Below are positions 9,348 to 17,558 of a stretch of DNA of 41,184 bases, in pieces. This DNA comes from a virus. The DNA lies in the UHGV virus genome UHGV-1355377; one strand, written 5' to 3'. The position numbers were made by a program, and so were the translations under genes. Every line of letters begins with the position of its first letter. The stretch's first letter is position 1. The notes below the pieces were generated by a model that worked only from the letters and a program-made list of their open reading frames with translations, was not told the DNA's origin and did no database searches.

Positions 9348-9646
9348 TGAACGAATTAGTTAAATTAGTAGAAGAATGGGCGAAAGAAAAGCATTTAGAT
9401 AAAGCAGAGCCAGAAAAGCAAATGTTAAAAGTGATTGAGGAAGTCGGAGAAGTTGGCGCTGCATTGGCAAGAAATAATGAAAATGATCTAAGAGATGGTA
9501 TAGGTGATGTGGTTGTGACGTTAATTATTCTCGCTATGCAAAATAACATGGACTTATACGAATGCTTAAATCAAGCATACAGCGAAATTAAAAATCGGCA
9601 AGGGGAAATGGTAAACGGAGTATTCGTCAAAGAATCCGATTTGTAA
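9344..9646 (+). CDS. MazG-like nucleotide pyrophosphohydrolase
   Basis: EEVGEVGAALAR...DGIGDVVVTLIILA matches the MazG/NTP-PPase helix motifs. About 100 aa. Confidence 0.7.
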   Translation: MMNELVKLVEEWAKEKHLDKAEPEKQMLKVIEEVGEVGAALARNNENDLRDGIGDVVVTLIILAMQNNMDLYECLNQAYSEIKNRQGEMVNGVFVKESDL

Positions 9647-9667
9647 GGTTTGGGGTGGAAAGAGATA

Positions 9668-10192
9668 ATGACAAAGTACCCAACACAAGAATTAAAAAAC
9701 AAAAGAAAATTTCATGTGCAATTCATGAGTACAGAGGCAATGAAAAATATTTATGAGCTAGGATATCCCTTTGAATACTTCGAAGATAGTTGCCAATTTG
9801 CGATTGAAACGCCTGTAGGTGTCATTGATTACTTCGGGATAAATGGCACTTGGGTTGTCCGCAAAGGACAAGACCGAGGGAAAGGCATACGAAAATTGAA
9901 GCAGTACATTAAAAACAGAGTAGGTGATCACGTGGAAAAAGTAAAAGTAGTGAAATGTAGTGGATATCTGGATAAAGACGGTAACATCACTAATCAAATT
10001 AAGCAGGCGATGCATTTTACAGACGATGAATTAGCGAATCTTGCTGCAGAAGTGGCAGGTGGAAAGGTCGTAAACGTTGTAATTCCACCAGAAAAGCCAA
10101 AACAATTACTTGAAAAAGTGAAAGAAGAATCATTTCAAGAAAAACCTAAAAAGAAAACCAAGAGCAATCAATCTTGGATGAAGAAGAAATAA
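9668..10192 (+). CDS. Hypothetical phage protein
   Basis: ORF with GGTGGAAAGAG SD before ATG 9668. Basic C-terminus. Confidence 0.45.
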   Translation: MTKYPTQELKNKRKFHVQFMSTEAMKNIYELGYPFEYFEDSCQFAIETPVGVIDYFGINGTWVVRKGQDRGKGIRKLKQYIKNRVGDHVEKVKVVKCSGYLDKDGNITNQIKQAMHFTDDELANLAAEVAGGKVVNVVIPPEKPKQLLEKVKEESFQEKPKKKTKSNQSWMKKK

Positions 10193-10317
10193 TTTGTTGT
10201 TTTTTGTAACGTGATTTAACCGTAGCTAGATTTTAAAACTAGTTTAGGGTAATTAATCATAAATGATTTAAAACGCCTTAAATCGAAAAATAAAGCGGTA
10301 AATTGTGAGGTAAAAAA

Positions 10318-10545
10318 ATGAAATTAACTAGTGTGACATTTAAGCCGTCGGCTGAACGTTTTCCGCCAATTGTGGCAATAGATTTAGACCAATTAACACC
10401 AGAGGAATACGTGACACTTAGAAATTTGGGGTATGACACGCAACTTTCCAAAATTACAAAAAGGACCTTTGAAGAGTTGGAAGGCCATTTGGGAATTCGA
10501 GGAGACGTTGCAAAGAAAAATGGATTTTATGTATTAATCAAATAA
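10318..10545 (+). CDS. Small hypothetical protein, first gene of the MTase-recombinase cassette
   Basis: 75-aa ORF preceded by GTGAGGTAAAAAAATG. Confidence 0.45.
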   Translation: MKLTSVTFKPSAERFPPIVAIDLDQLTPEEYVTLRNLGYDTQLSKITKRTFEELEGHLGIRGDVAKKNGFYVLIK

Positions 10546-10549
10546 TCAG

Positions 10550-10595
10550 AAAGGAGTGGAGTTTGTGGCCACAGTAAAGAATTCTTTACTCCTTT
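10550..10595 (+). promoter_or_regulatory. Nested-palindrome element A (SD arm / GC palindrome / AT palindrome / anti-SD arm) between upstream stop and C5-MTase start
   Basis: AAAGGAGT (10550-57) pairs with ACTCCTTT (10588-95). Enclosed are TGTGGCCACA (10564-73) and AAAGAATTCTTT (10576-87). ATG follows 6 nt after. Confidence 0.6.
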
Positions 10596-10601
10596 GAAAT
10601 T

Positions 10602-11345
10602 ATGATAGTATGGGCACTATTTGATAGTGGGAACGGATGTTATAAGCGTTCTGCACAAAAGTTTGAAGATATAGAAATATACAGCATAGGTTTGGATATT
10701 GAAAATAAGAATGACCATTTTATTCATCTGAATTTAGCGGACTATTCTTATATGTTTAATGATAATAAATTATTCAAAGTTTTAGACAAATTACCAAAGC
10801 CAGATTTAATCATTGCAAGCCCACCATGTGAAAGCTGGTCAGTAGCTAGTGCAATGAAAAATGGTAATGCTTGTTGGAAAAGAGAAGATGTAACAGATAA
10901 TTTATTTGCACCACAGATATTACCAAGCCCGTTTACTATAAGAACCACAAAAGATTACGAAGATACTAATTATGTTTATGAACGACAATTTTTAAAAAGA
11001 GTGAATGGTGAGTTAACGGTTTTTAATACTATAAAAATTATAAAAAAGTACCAACCTAGATATTTCATTATTGAGAACCCGGCTAATGGTAAAATTTGGG
11101 AATATATTGAAGATGTCTTGAATTTTAAACTACCATTTAAAAATTTAACCAGGTATAACAATTATGATTATCCATTACAGAAGCCCACGAAATTTGCCAG
11201 TAATATTCATTTGGGATTGAAAAATAAAGTTATTAAACAAGAAATTGCCTGGAGCAATTTTTCCAAAAGCTATAATGAACGATCAAATATTCCAGAAAAA
11301 TTAGTGGATGACATATTTAAAAAAGTTTTAGAGAAAAATAAATAG
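10602..11345 (+). CDS. C5-cytosine DNA methyltransferase catalytic-domain protein, short (motifs I, IV, VI, VIII present; TRD and motifs IX-X absent)
   Basis: Motif I LFDSGNG. Motif IV PDLIIASPPCESWSVAS, matching the PDL..GGFPCQ.FS.AG pattern with catalytic Cys. Motif VI PRYFIIENP (ENV). DYPLQKPTK resembles motif VIII. Only 247 aa. Confidence 0.5.
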   Translation: MIVWALFDSGNGCYKRSAQKFEDIEIYSIGLDIENKNDHFIHLNLADYSYMFNDNKLFKVLDKLPKPDLIIASPPCESWSVASAMKNGNACWKREDVTDNLFAPQILPSPFTIRTTKDYEDTNYVYERQFLKRVNGELTVFNTIKIIKKYQPRYFIIENPANGKIWEYIEDVLNFKLPFKNLTRYNNYDYPLQKPTKFASNIHLGLKNKVIKQEIAWSNFSKSYNERSNIPEKLVDDIFKKVLEKNK

Positions 11346-11393
11346 AAAGGAGCGGAGATTTGCGGCCGCGATTAAAAAGCTTTTTGCTCCTTT
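11346..11393 (+). promoter_or_regulatory. Nested-palindrome element B, paralogue of element A, between C5-MTase stop and N6-MTase start
   Basis: AAAGGAGC (11346-53) pairs with GCTCCTTT (11386-93). Enclosed are GCGGCCGC (11362-69) and AAAAAGCTTTTT (11374-85). ATG follows 7 nt after. Every difference from element A is a compensatory double change. Confidence 0.6.
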
Positions 11394-11400
11394 AAAAACG

Positions 11401-12561
11401 ATGAAATTAACAACAGAAAAAATAAATGAACTGTTAGGTGTTGATGATGCCTACAAAGCGCCAGAAGCGCTCATGAATATATTACTAAATCGTGATAAAC
11501 GAGAAATCGTGTTTAACAGATTTTTAGAAATAGAAAAGGATTTAACTTTCGATTGGTTTCACGAATATTTTCAAGAAGAACATGCTGATCGAAAGCAAAA
11601 GAAACAAGACTTCACGCCAAACTCAGTTGGAAAAGTGTTGTCACTGATTTTAGACCATTCAGAGTCAACTTTAGATGTTGCTGCTGGCACTGGTGGATTA
11701 ACGATAAAAAAATGGTGGAACGATGGACAACCAACAAACAACGAGTATCTTTGCGAAGAGCTATCAGACAGAGCAGTGCCATTCTTACTATTCAATTTAA
11801 TGATTAGGGGCATGAAAGCTCAAGTGATTCACGGTGATAGCCTAAGCGGTGTGACGAAAAAAGTATATATAATTTCAGATTACGAATTAACAGAAATAAA
11901 CGAAGAATTAGCAATTGAAAAGGTAGATGCTGTAATTTCGAATCCGCCCTACTCAGCAAAATGGGATGCTAGTCCAACGTTGCTAGATGATCCAAGGTTT
12001 AGTCATTACGAAAAGTTAGCACCAAAAACAAAAGCAGATTTTGCATTCTTGCTACATGGTTTTTATCGTTTAAAAGATTCGGGGACAATGGCAGTTGTCT
12101 TGCCGCACGGTGTTCTTTTCCGTGGTGCCGCTGAAGGTGTTATTCGTAAAAAATTATTAGAAGATGGCAGTATTGATGCAGTTATTGGATTGCCTGCTAA
12201 CTTATTCTTTGGCACGTCAATACCAACGGTAATAATTGTTTTAAAGAAAAATAGACAAACACGTGATGTCATGTTTATTGATTCTAGCAAAGAATTTGAT
12301 AAAGGAAAAAATCAAAACTCTTTATCAGACGATCACATCAATAAAATTATTCACACATATAAAGAACGAAAAGACATCGAGAAATATGCTCATTTAGCTA
12401 GCTATGATGAAATAACAGAAAATGACTTTAACTTGAATATACCAAGATTTGTAGACACATTCGAAGAAGAAGAGCCAATCAATCCATTCGAGTTATTAGC
12501 AGATATAAGAAAAACGAATGAAGAGCTAGCTAAAGCAGAAAAAAACTTGTCTCAATGCTAG
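11401..12561 (+). CDS. N6-adenine DNA methyltransferase, HsdM-like (gamma-class) orphan
   Basis: Motif I VAAGTGGL, motif IV NPPYSAKWD, and HsdM-like MAVVLPHGVLFRG block. 386 aa; no hsdS or hsdR nearby. Confidence 0.75.
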   Translation: MKLTTEKINELLGVDDAYKAPEALMNILLNRDKREIVFNRFLEIEKDLTFDWFHEYFQEEHADRKQKKQDFTPNSVGKVLSLILDHSESTLDVAAGTGGLTIKKWWNDGQPTNNEYLCEELSDRAVPFLLFNLMIRGMKAQVIHGDSLSGVTKKVYIISDYELTEINEELAIEKVDAVISNPPYSAKWDASPTLLDDPRFSHYEKLAPKTKADFAFLLHGFYRLKDSGTMAVVLPHGVLFRGAAEGVIRKKLLEDGSIDAVIGLPANLFFGTSIPTVIIVLKKNRQTRDVMFIDSSKEFDKGKNQNSLSDDHINKIIHTYKERKDIEKYAHLASYDEITENDFNLNIPRFVDTFEEEEPINPFELLADIRKTNEELAKAEKNLSQC

Positions 12562-12627
12562 ATGAGTTAGTCGTTGATACTGATGAATCAAGAGCGTTAA
12601 TTCAAGCAACAAAAGAGGTGTTCGGAA

Positions 12628-13584
12628 ATGGCTAAAAATTCAAAACAAACAGAGAGAACCTTTGCCAGTTATTTTGCTGAATGGATTGCAACTTATAAAG
12701 AAGGGGCAATTGCAGAAATATCAGTCAATAAGTATTACTATGCGTTAGATTTTATTTTAAAAACAATACCGTCGTTAAAAATAAAGGATTTAGACAGACG
12801 TGCCTATCAGAATGTGTTGAACGAGTACGCAAAAACACACGAGCGACAAACAACAATGGATTTTCACCATCAAGTGAAATCATGCATCCAAGACATTTTC
12901 CATGATGGGTTGATAGAAAGAGATCCAACATATAAAGCAGTAATAAAAGGACGTCCTCCAGTTCGAAAGAAAAAGAAAAAATTTCTACAGAAAGAAGAAC
13001 TAAGAAAGCTTATAAGTTCATTGGACTTAAGTCCCGAAATTAGTATTGACTGGTTTATTTTAATTATAGCAAAAACGGGTCTGCGTTACGCAGAAGCATT
13101 AGCTTTAACGCCAGCGGATTTTGATTGGTCAGCTCGCACACTAAGAGTAAACAAGACATGGAACTACAAAAGCACCCAAGGCGGCTTTAAGAGTACGAAA
13201 ACAACGAGTTCAGAAAGAACAATTAGCATAGATTTTCAAATTGTTGGTCAGTTTCAACTAGTGATTAAAGATTTGCCAGCAAATGAACCGATTTTCGTTG
13301 AAAAATTTGAAGATGGTTCTTATAAAAGACAATTCAATTCAACTTACAACAATTTTCTAGTGAGCGAATGCAAGCACTTAGGGATAACACCTATCAGCCT
13401 GCACGGTTTACGTCACACGCATGCAAGTGTATTGCTTGCTGCTGGAGTATCGATTCATAGTATTTCCGCTCGTTTAGGTCATGCGAATATAGGTGTTACA
13501 CAAGAAACTTATGCACATGTTTTGGACGAGTTACAAAGAAAAGACGATGAAAAAATGATGGGCGCATTAATGCAGTTAGCTTAA
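12628..13584 (+). CDS. Second tyrosine recombinase (Xer/phage-integrase family), internal to the prophage
   Basis: C-terminal catalytic signature HGLRHTHASVLLAAG...ARLGHANIGVTQETYAHV (R, HxxR, Y). 318 aa. RBS AAAGAGGTG. Confidence 0.8.
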   Translation: MAKNSKQTERTFASYFAEWIATYKEGAIAEISVNKYYYALDFILKTIPSLKIKDLDRRAYQNVLNEYAKTHERQTTMDFHHQVKSCIQDIFHDGLIERDPTYKAVIKGRPPVRKKKKKFLQKEELRKLISSLDLSPEISIDWFILIIAKTGLRYAEALALTPADFDWSARTLRVNKTWNYKSTQGGFKSTKTTSSERTISIDFQIVGQFQLVIKDLPANEPIFVEKFEDGSYKRQFNSTYNNFLVSECKHLGITPISLHGLRHTHASVLLAAGVSIHSISARLGHANIGVTQETYAHVLDELQRKDDEKMMGALMQLA

Positions 13585-13601
13585 ACGAGGTGAATCAATA
13601 C

Positions 13602-14108
13602 ATGGCTAAAAAATGGACAGAAGATGACGACATTTATTTAGAATATTTTGTTTTTGAAGGCGACACTTTAGTAGAAGAAGCTGCTGATTTTTTAGGTAGA
13701 AGCTTTGGTGCTGTTTGTACGAGGCTAACAGAATTGAGAAAAAAAGACCCAGAAGTGCGGTATTTAAAGCGGCGTTGGTCTAAAAAAGAAGATGATTTTC
13801 TACGTAGAAACTACAGGTCCATATCAACAAATGATTTAGCATTAGCATTAAATAGAACTACTGAAGCAGTTAAATCTAGAAGAGCATTTCTCGGTTTGAC
13901 TTTGATACGACCAATAACGCCAAGAAAAGAAGAGATACTTGAATTGATTAAGAAAGGTTATTACAGACCACAAATAGCAAAAGCTCTCAATATAGATGAA
14001 AAATCACTTAGTAAATTTTTAAAGATAAACAATATATATTGTCCAGCTGTACCTTATGAAAAACGAACAAAAGAAGTAAAAAAATATATTTACAAACAAT
14101 ACAGATAA
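13602..14108 (+). CDS. Myb/SANT-like tandem-repeat protein with C-terminal HTH
   Basis: Two repeats: WTEDDDIYL...GRSFGAVCTRLTELRK and WSKKEDDFL...NRTTEAVKSRRAFLGL (W-x2-E-D-D-x-L...R). C-terminal ILELIKKGYYRPQIAKALNIDEKSLSKFLK is HTH-like. Start likely ATG 13602 after GAGGTGA. Confidence 0.5.
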   Translation: MAKKWTEDDDIYLEYFVFEGDTLVEEAADFLGRSFGAVCTRLTELRKKDPEVRYLKRRWSKKEDDFLRRNYRSISTNDLALALNRTTEAVKSRRAFLGLTLIRPITPRKEEILELIKKGYYRPQIAKALNIDEKSLSKFLKINNIYCPAVPYEKRTKEVKKYIYKQYR

Positions 14109-14112
14109 AAAC

Positions 14113-14347
14113 ATATCGCAATCACAGTTAGATGCTGAAAGACGCCTTCGAAAAAATAAATTATAGAAGGAGGTGAGGGGTTTCTTCTCTTACCACCGGG
14201 ACAGCAAGCAAATAACTCAGCTCAGCTTCTACTTTTATATCTTTGAACAGGCGGTTCCAAGATATAAAAACCTAGAGGGCAGCTAGCGAGCATGCCGGAT
14301 AGTGTGCCATGACCTAGTCTTTCAGCATCTAGCTGTGATTGCGATGT
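14113..14347 (+). repeat. 235-bp element: 29-bp inverted repeat (14115-14143 / 14317-14345; 31 bp with G-U) enclosing a 173-bp segment with a central 13-5-13 palindrome (14236-14266)
   Basis: ATCGCAATCACAGTTAGATGCTGAAAGAC versus the reverse complement of GTCTTTCAGCATCTAGCTGTGATTGCGAT. The single difference is a G-U pair only in the + strand RNA. Inside, TATATCTTTGAAC-aggcg-GTTCCAAGATATA has one mismatch. Sits between the Myb-like gene stop and the yopX start. Confidence 0.7.
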
Positions 14348-14377
14348 AAGTTTCTGTTTAGAAAGCGAGTGAAGAAA

Positions 14378-14791
14378 ATGATTCCAAAGTTTAGAGCATA
14401 TTCAGTAAAAGAAAACATAATGTATTATCCTGATGAAGATAAAAATGTAGAATGGACTATTGATGATGATACAGGATTTATAGCGCCTCTTATAAATCTA
14501 GAAAATGGCATGTGGGGAATGATTGATAAGTATGTTCTCATGCAATCAACAGGCTTGAAAGACAAGAACGGCGTTGAAATTTTTGAGGGTGATATAGTTA
14601 AGGTCACGGTGAATAATTATGGAACTGGTGAACGATTTGAACAAATCGATAAAGTTGTTTATGAAGACTGCAGATTTTGTTTTAATGACGGCTTTTATTA
14701 CTCAGAAACTATCAAATATTCTGGATATGAAAATAAAGAAGTCATCGGAAATGTCTACGAAAATCCAGAATTATTGGAGGGAACAGAATGA
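14378..14791 (+). CDS. YopX-family phage protein
   Basis: MIPKFRAYSVKEN...GLKDKNGVEIFEGDIV is typical of YopX N-terminal sequence. Likely start ATG 14378, in frame with the track ORF. Confidence 0.65.
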   Translation: MIPKFRAYSVKENIMYYPDEDKNVEWTIDDDTGFIAPLINLENGMWGMIDKYVLMQSTGLKDKNGVEIFEGDIVKVTVNNYGTGERFEQIDKVVYEDCRFCFNDGFYYSETIKYSGYENKEVIGNVYENPELLEGTE

Positions 14792-15147
14792 GCGAGCTAG
14801 AAAAGATGGGTAATATTCTTATGGAAACAGCTTTGAATTTTACACACCCAATATTTGAAGATACGTATCCAGAATGGGGAACGGTATGTAACATCGGGGA
14901 AGAGCTAGTCAGAATGGCAAAACCAGAATTCAGCGAAAATCAGCAGGTTGTGCTGGATTGGTTGAAAGAATCATGCAAATTAAACGGATTACGTGAAGTT
15001 ATCGAAATTATGGGATTTTTATCAACTACTGGTGGAAAAATGAAGTATAAGCAAGTAGCTTATGCATATGGTGATTTAAATGATGATGAATTAGCTCAAG
15101 TATTACAGTCATTTAGCCAGTGGGTTTGGGAACAGGAGGAAAAATAA
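14788..15147 (+). CDS. Hypothetical early protein
   Basis: 119-aa ORF; start overlaps the previous stop (ATGA). Confidence 0.5.
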   Translation: MSELEKMGNILMETALNFTHPIFEDTYPEWGTVCNIGEELVRMAKPEFSENQQVVLDWLKESCKLNGLREVIEIMGFLSTTGGKMKYKQVAYAYGDLNDDELAQVLQSFSQWVWEQEEK

Positions 15148-15426
15148 ATGAAATTTTATGAAATGAAAGAACCTTATTTTGCATTAATCGCTGCTGAAGA
15201 TGAAAAACAATGTTTAAAACTTTACAAGGATATTGTTTGCGACGTAGAGGACGAAAAAGAGTTTTTCGAGGAAATCAAAACAATTGATAAATACGAAGCG
15301 TTCAAAATGCTTGCTAAAAGTCATACAGAAGAGGGTGACAAGACTGGCGCAGAAGAAGCTTTCAATCAGTTAGAAAATCTTGAAGAAAAAGGCGAAGTAT
15401 TGCTGATTGACAGCGGTTTGCTTTAG
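15148..15426 (+). CDS. Hypothetical acidic early protein
   Basis: 92-aa ORF with GGAGGAAAAATAAATG RBS. Confidence 0.5.
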   Translation: MKFYEMKEPYFALIAAEDEKQCLKLYKDIVCDVEDEKEFFEEIKTIDKYEAFKMLAKSHTEEGDKTGAEEAFNQLENLEEKGEVLLIDSGLL

Positions 15427-15437
15427 GAGGTATCGGA

Positions 15438-15656
15438 ATGAGTATGAGTATTCAACCAGGAGACAAAGTAAAGTATATCGGTGAAGGAGTTCCACAATAC
15501 ACAGACAAATTTTTAGTAGTAAAAACAGTATTAGTGAATGGGTTGATTCTTGAATTTCCTGAGAAAGACAAAAGAAAAGTTGCTCTTGAAGGCGGCGGCA
15601 TTTGGAACATGAACTCATTAGTTTGCGGATTTAACGAAGTGGAGGAATCTTGTTGA
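15438..15656 (+). CDS. Hypothetical small protein
   Basis: 72-aa ORF with AGGAGGTATCGGAATG RBS. Confidence 0.5.
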   Translation: MSMSIQPGDKVKYIGEGVPQYTDKFLVVKTVLVNGLILEFPEKDKRKVALEGGGIWNMNSLVCGFNEVEESC

Positions 15657-15847
15657 ATAAACGCCAAAAAATAAGCAATTCAAAAAGTGGCTAATTAAAA
15701 ACGGATATAGCGAAGATGGGAATGTCAGGTGTGTAGAATGCGGTAAAAAAATTGATATGAATGATAAGTGGCAATTAACTTATCAAGCATGTGATTCTAC
15801 TTGTTATGGCAAAGCAATAAATGCATATCCATAGGAGGGAAACAGCG

Positions 15848-16366
15848 ATGAATAAACAAGAATTGATTGAAGAGTTAGAATGCATAGAAGTTTCTACAGA
15901 CAGCCTTGATTATTTGAGAGGTGCTGACTATGCCAACGAAAGAGCAATTAGCTTAGCAAAACAGCTAGACGAACCGAAAAAAGTCGTTGTTCCGAAGTTC
16001 GTGGCAGAATGGATTGAGTTATGCAAAGGATTAGAGTGCACTCTGTATTGCTCAGCAACAAGTAAGCTTAGAGATACGATGCATATAGAAAAAGCTAAAG
16101 AAGTATCAGACTGGCTTGATACTTTTGAAAATCATGAGTTGTTTGCTCACGCATGGCTTGACGGCTACGAAGTCGAGAAGGGACCTTTATATCACGTTTT
16201 ATTACCAGACAAAGGGGCGACTAACACAGGATATACTTTTTTAAATTTAGCGGGAGCAATTGATTTTACGACATGTAAGGAAAAGGTGGATATGTTAACA
16301 GAACAAGAAATCAAAGCAGTTGATGAGCGCTATTGGCCGTTTGCTGTGAAGGTGGATGGTGAATAA
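15848..16366 (+). CDS. Hypothetical phage protein
   Basis: RBS TAGGAGGGAAACAGCG before ATG 15848 (MNKQELIEEL...). Confidence 0.5.
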   Translation: MNKQELIEELECIEVSTDSLDYLRGADYANERAISLAKQLDEPKKVVVPKFVAEWIELCKGLECTLYCSATSKLRDTMHIEKAKEVSDWLDTFENHELFAHAWLDGYEVEKGPLYHVLLPDKGATNTGYTFLNLAGAIDFTTCKEKVDMLTEQEIKAVDERYWPFAVKVDGE

Positions 16367-16552
16367 ATGAAACGCAACTGGAAAAGAGTAATAAATAAAG
16401 TTAGTGGCATTGCAATAATGATTCTTGTAGCCAAAGCAACCGTGAGCTATTTCGTGTATGGCAATGACATAACAAGCAGTGACCTTGTTTATTTCCTTTC
16501 ATGCTCGTTTATTTTGGGATTAGGGCTATATTTAGGGGGTTCCAGCGTATGA
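16367..16552 (+). CDS. Small membrane protein
   Basis: 61-aa ORF with two hydrophobic segments; start abuts the previous stop. Confidence 0.4.
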   Translation: MKRNWKRVINKVSGIAIMILVAKATVSYFVYGNDITSSDLVYFLSCSFILGLGLYLGGSSV

Positions 16553-16749
16553 GTTATCCAGAAGTTTTTATCTTAGGAAGGCAAGTTGATGGAGTGTATG
16601 TTGAGTACTTACATGGAGCAGAGAAAGCCGATTTATTTTTCGATTATACGATAGCTCGTGATGAAAGAAATCATATGAATAAAACCAATACAAAAGATGG
16701 CGAATGGAGAATTTTAAAATACGGGAGGCCAATTACATTGGAGTATTAA
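16549..16749 (+). CDS. Small hypothetical protein
   Basis: Likely start ATG 16549 after GGGGG SD (MSYPEVFILG...). Track ORF starts earlier at 16501. Confidence 0.4.
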   Translation: MSYPEVFILGRQVDGVYVEYLHGAEKADLFFDYTIARDERNHMNKTNTKDGEWRILKYGRPITLEY

Positions 16750-16871
16750 CTTATTGCAACTTTTTTACAATAACTAGCCGATTTTTTGCAAACAAAAAGC
16801 CAGCCGACCAATGGCTGACTAATGTGGTAGTTAGCACTTTTCCCAAGTAAAGTGCTAATAGTGCCAACAAA

Positions 16872-16950
16872 TAAGGTTGACATTGTGTCTCTGGTGGAGA
16901 CAGGAACTATCGATAACTGTTTTCCGCCAGTTATCATAGAAAAGGAGAAA
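16872..16950 (+). promoter_or_regulatory. Operator-like palindromes upstream of arpU (TGTCTC-tggtg-GAGACA; GATAACTG-N8-CAGTTATC)
   Basis: TTGACA followed by two short perfect inverted repeats in the 340-bp intergenic region before the late-activator gene. Confidence 0.35.
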
Positions 16951-17138
16951 TTTATTTCAGAAATAAAATCCCCAAGAAAGTTAATATGATTATATCATGA
17001 GTAAATGTATTTGAAAATACTATCTCATAGTACGTATTGTAAAAAGTATATTTAGTAGAAAATAAAAAAAGCCAGATTGCTCCGGCTGTGAGAAATATTT
17101 TCGACATAGTTATTATACCACAAAAGGAGCGATTCCAC

Positions 17139-17555
17139 TTGATTCAATTGCTAAAAGAAGTAGATTTTCGACAAACAAAAGCGAATGCCAGAAATGTGTT
17201 GAAGAATTTTAGACGTTTAGAGCGAATAGCTGGTCGCTCTTTGATAGATTTAAAATCACCAATTATTACAGATATGCCTAAAAGCCAAAGTCATGGGAAC
17301 AAAGCAGAAGATGCGCTAGTACAATTAGCAGATGCAGAAGCAGAAAGAGACGCAATTTTATCTGGGCTTATGGCATTAAGCCTAACTAGCAGACAAATTT
17401 TGCACTATAGTTTCTGTGTGCAGGACCATTACTCTAATTACAAGATTGCTAGAGAAGTCGGCTATTCCGAAAGAAGTATTCAAAGAATGAAATCAGAAGC
17501 TTTGATTGAATTCGCAGAAGCTTACCGCAATGGAAAAATAATTGCATATAAATAA
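17139..17555 (+). CDS. arpU: ArpU-family phage late transcriptional regulator
   Basis: About 138 aa, sigma-region-4-like C-terminus (YKIAREVGYSERSIQRMKSEALIEFAEAY). Canonical position a few genes before terS. Start TTG 17139 after AAAGGAG. Confidence 0.65.
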   Translation: MIQLLKEVDFRQTKANARNVLKNFRRLERIAGRSLIDLKSPIITDMPKSQSHGNKAEDALVQLADAEAERDAILSGLMALSLTSRQILHYSFCVQDHYSNYKIAREVGYSERSIQRMKSEALIEFAEAYRNGKIIAYK

Positions 17556-17558
17556 TTT

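Noticed and set aside
10602-12561. Interpreting the two MTases plus recombinase as a phase-variable Type I R-M system
   Set aside because: No hsdS or hsdR gene and no inverted partial hsdS copies. The inverted repeats lie in non-coding DNA. Hence I report it as an uncharacterised cassette instead.
15657-15820. Possible tiny zinc-ribbon ORF (CVECGKK...CDSTCYG) in the gap before 15848
   Set aside because: The open frame has no ATG/GTG/TTG with an RBS upstream of the Cys pairs; the longest initiable segment is about 25 aa. Left unannotated.
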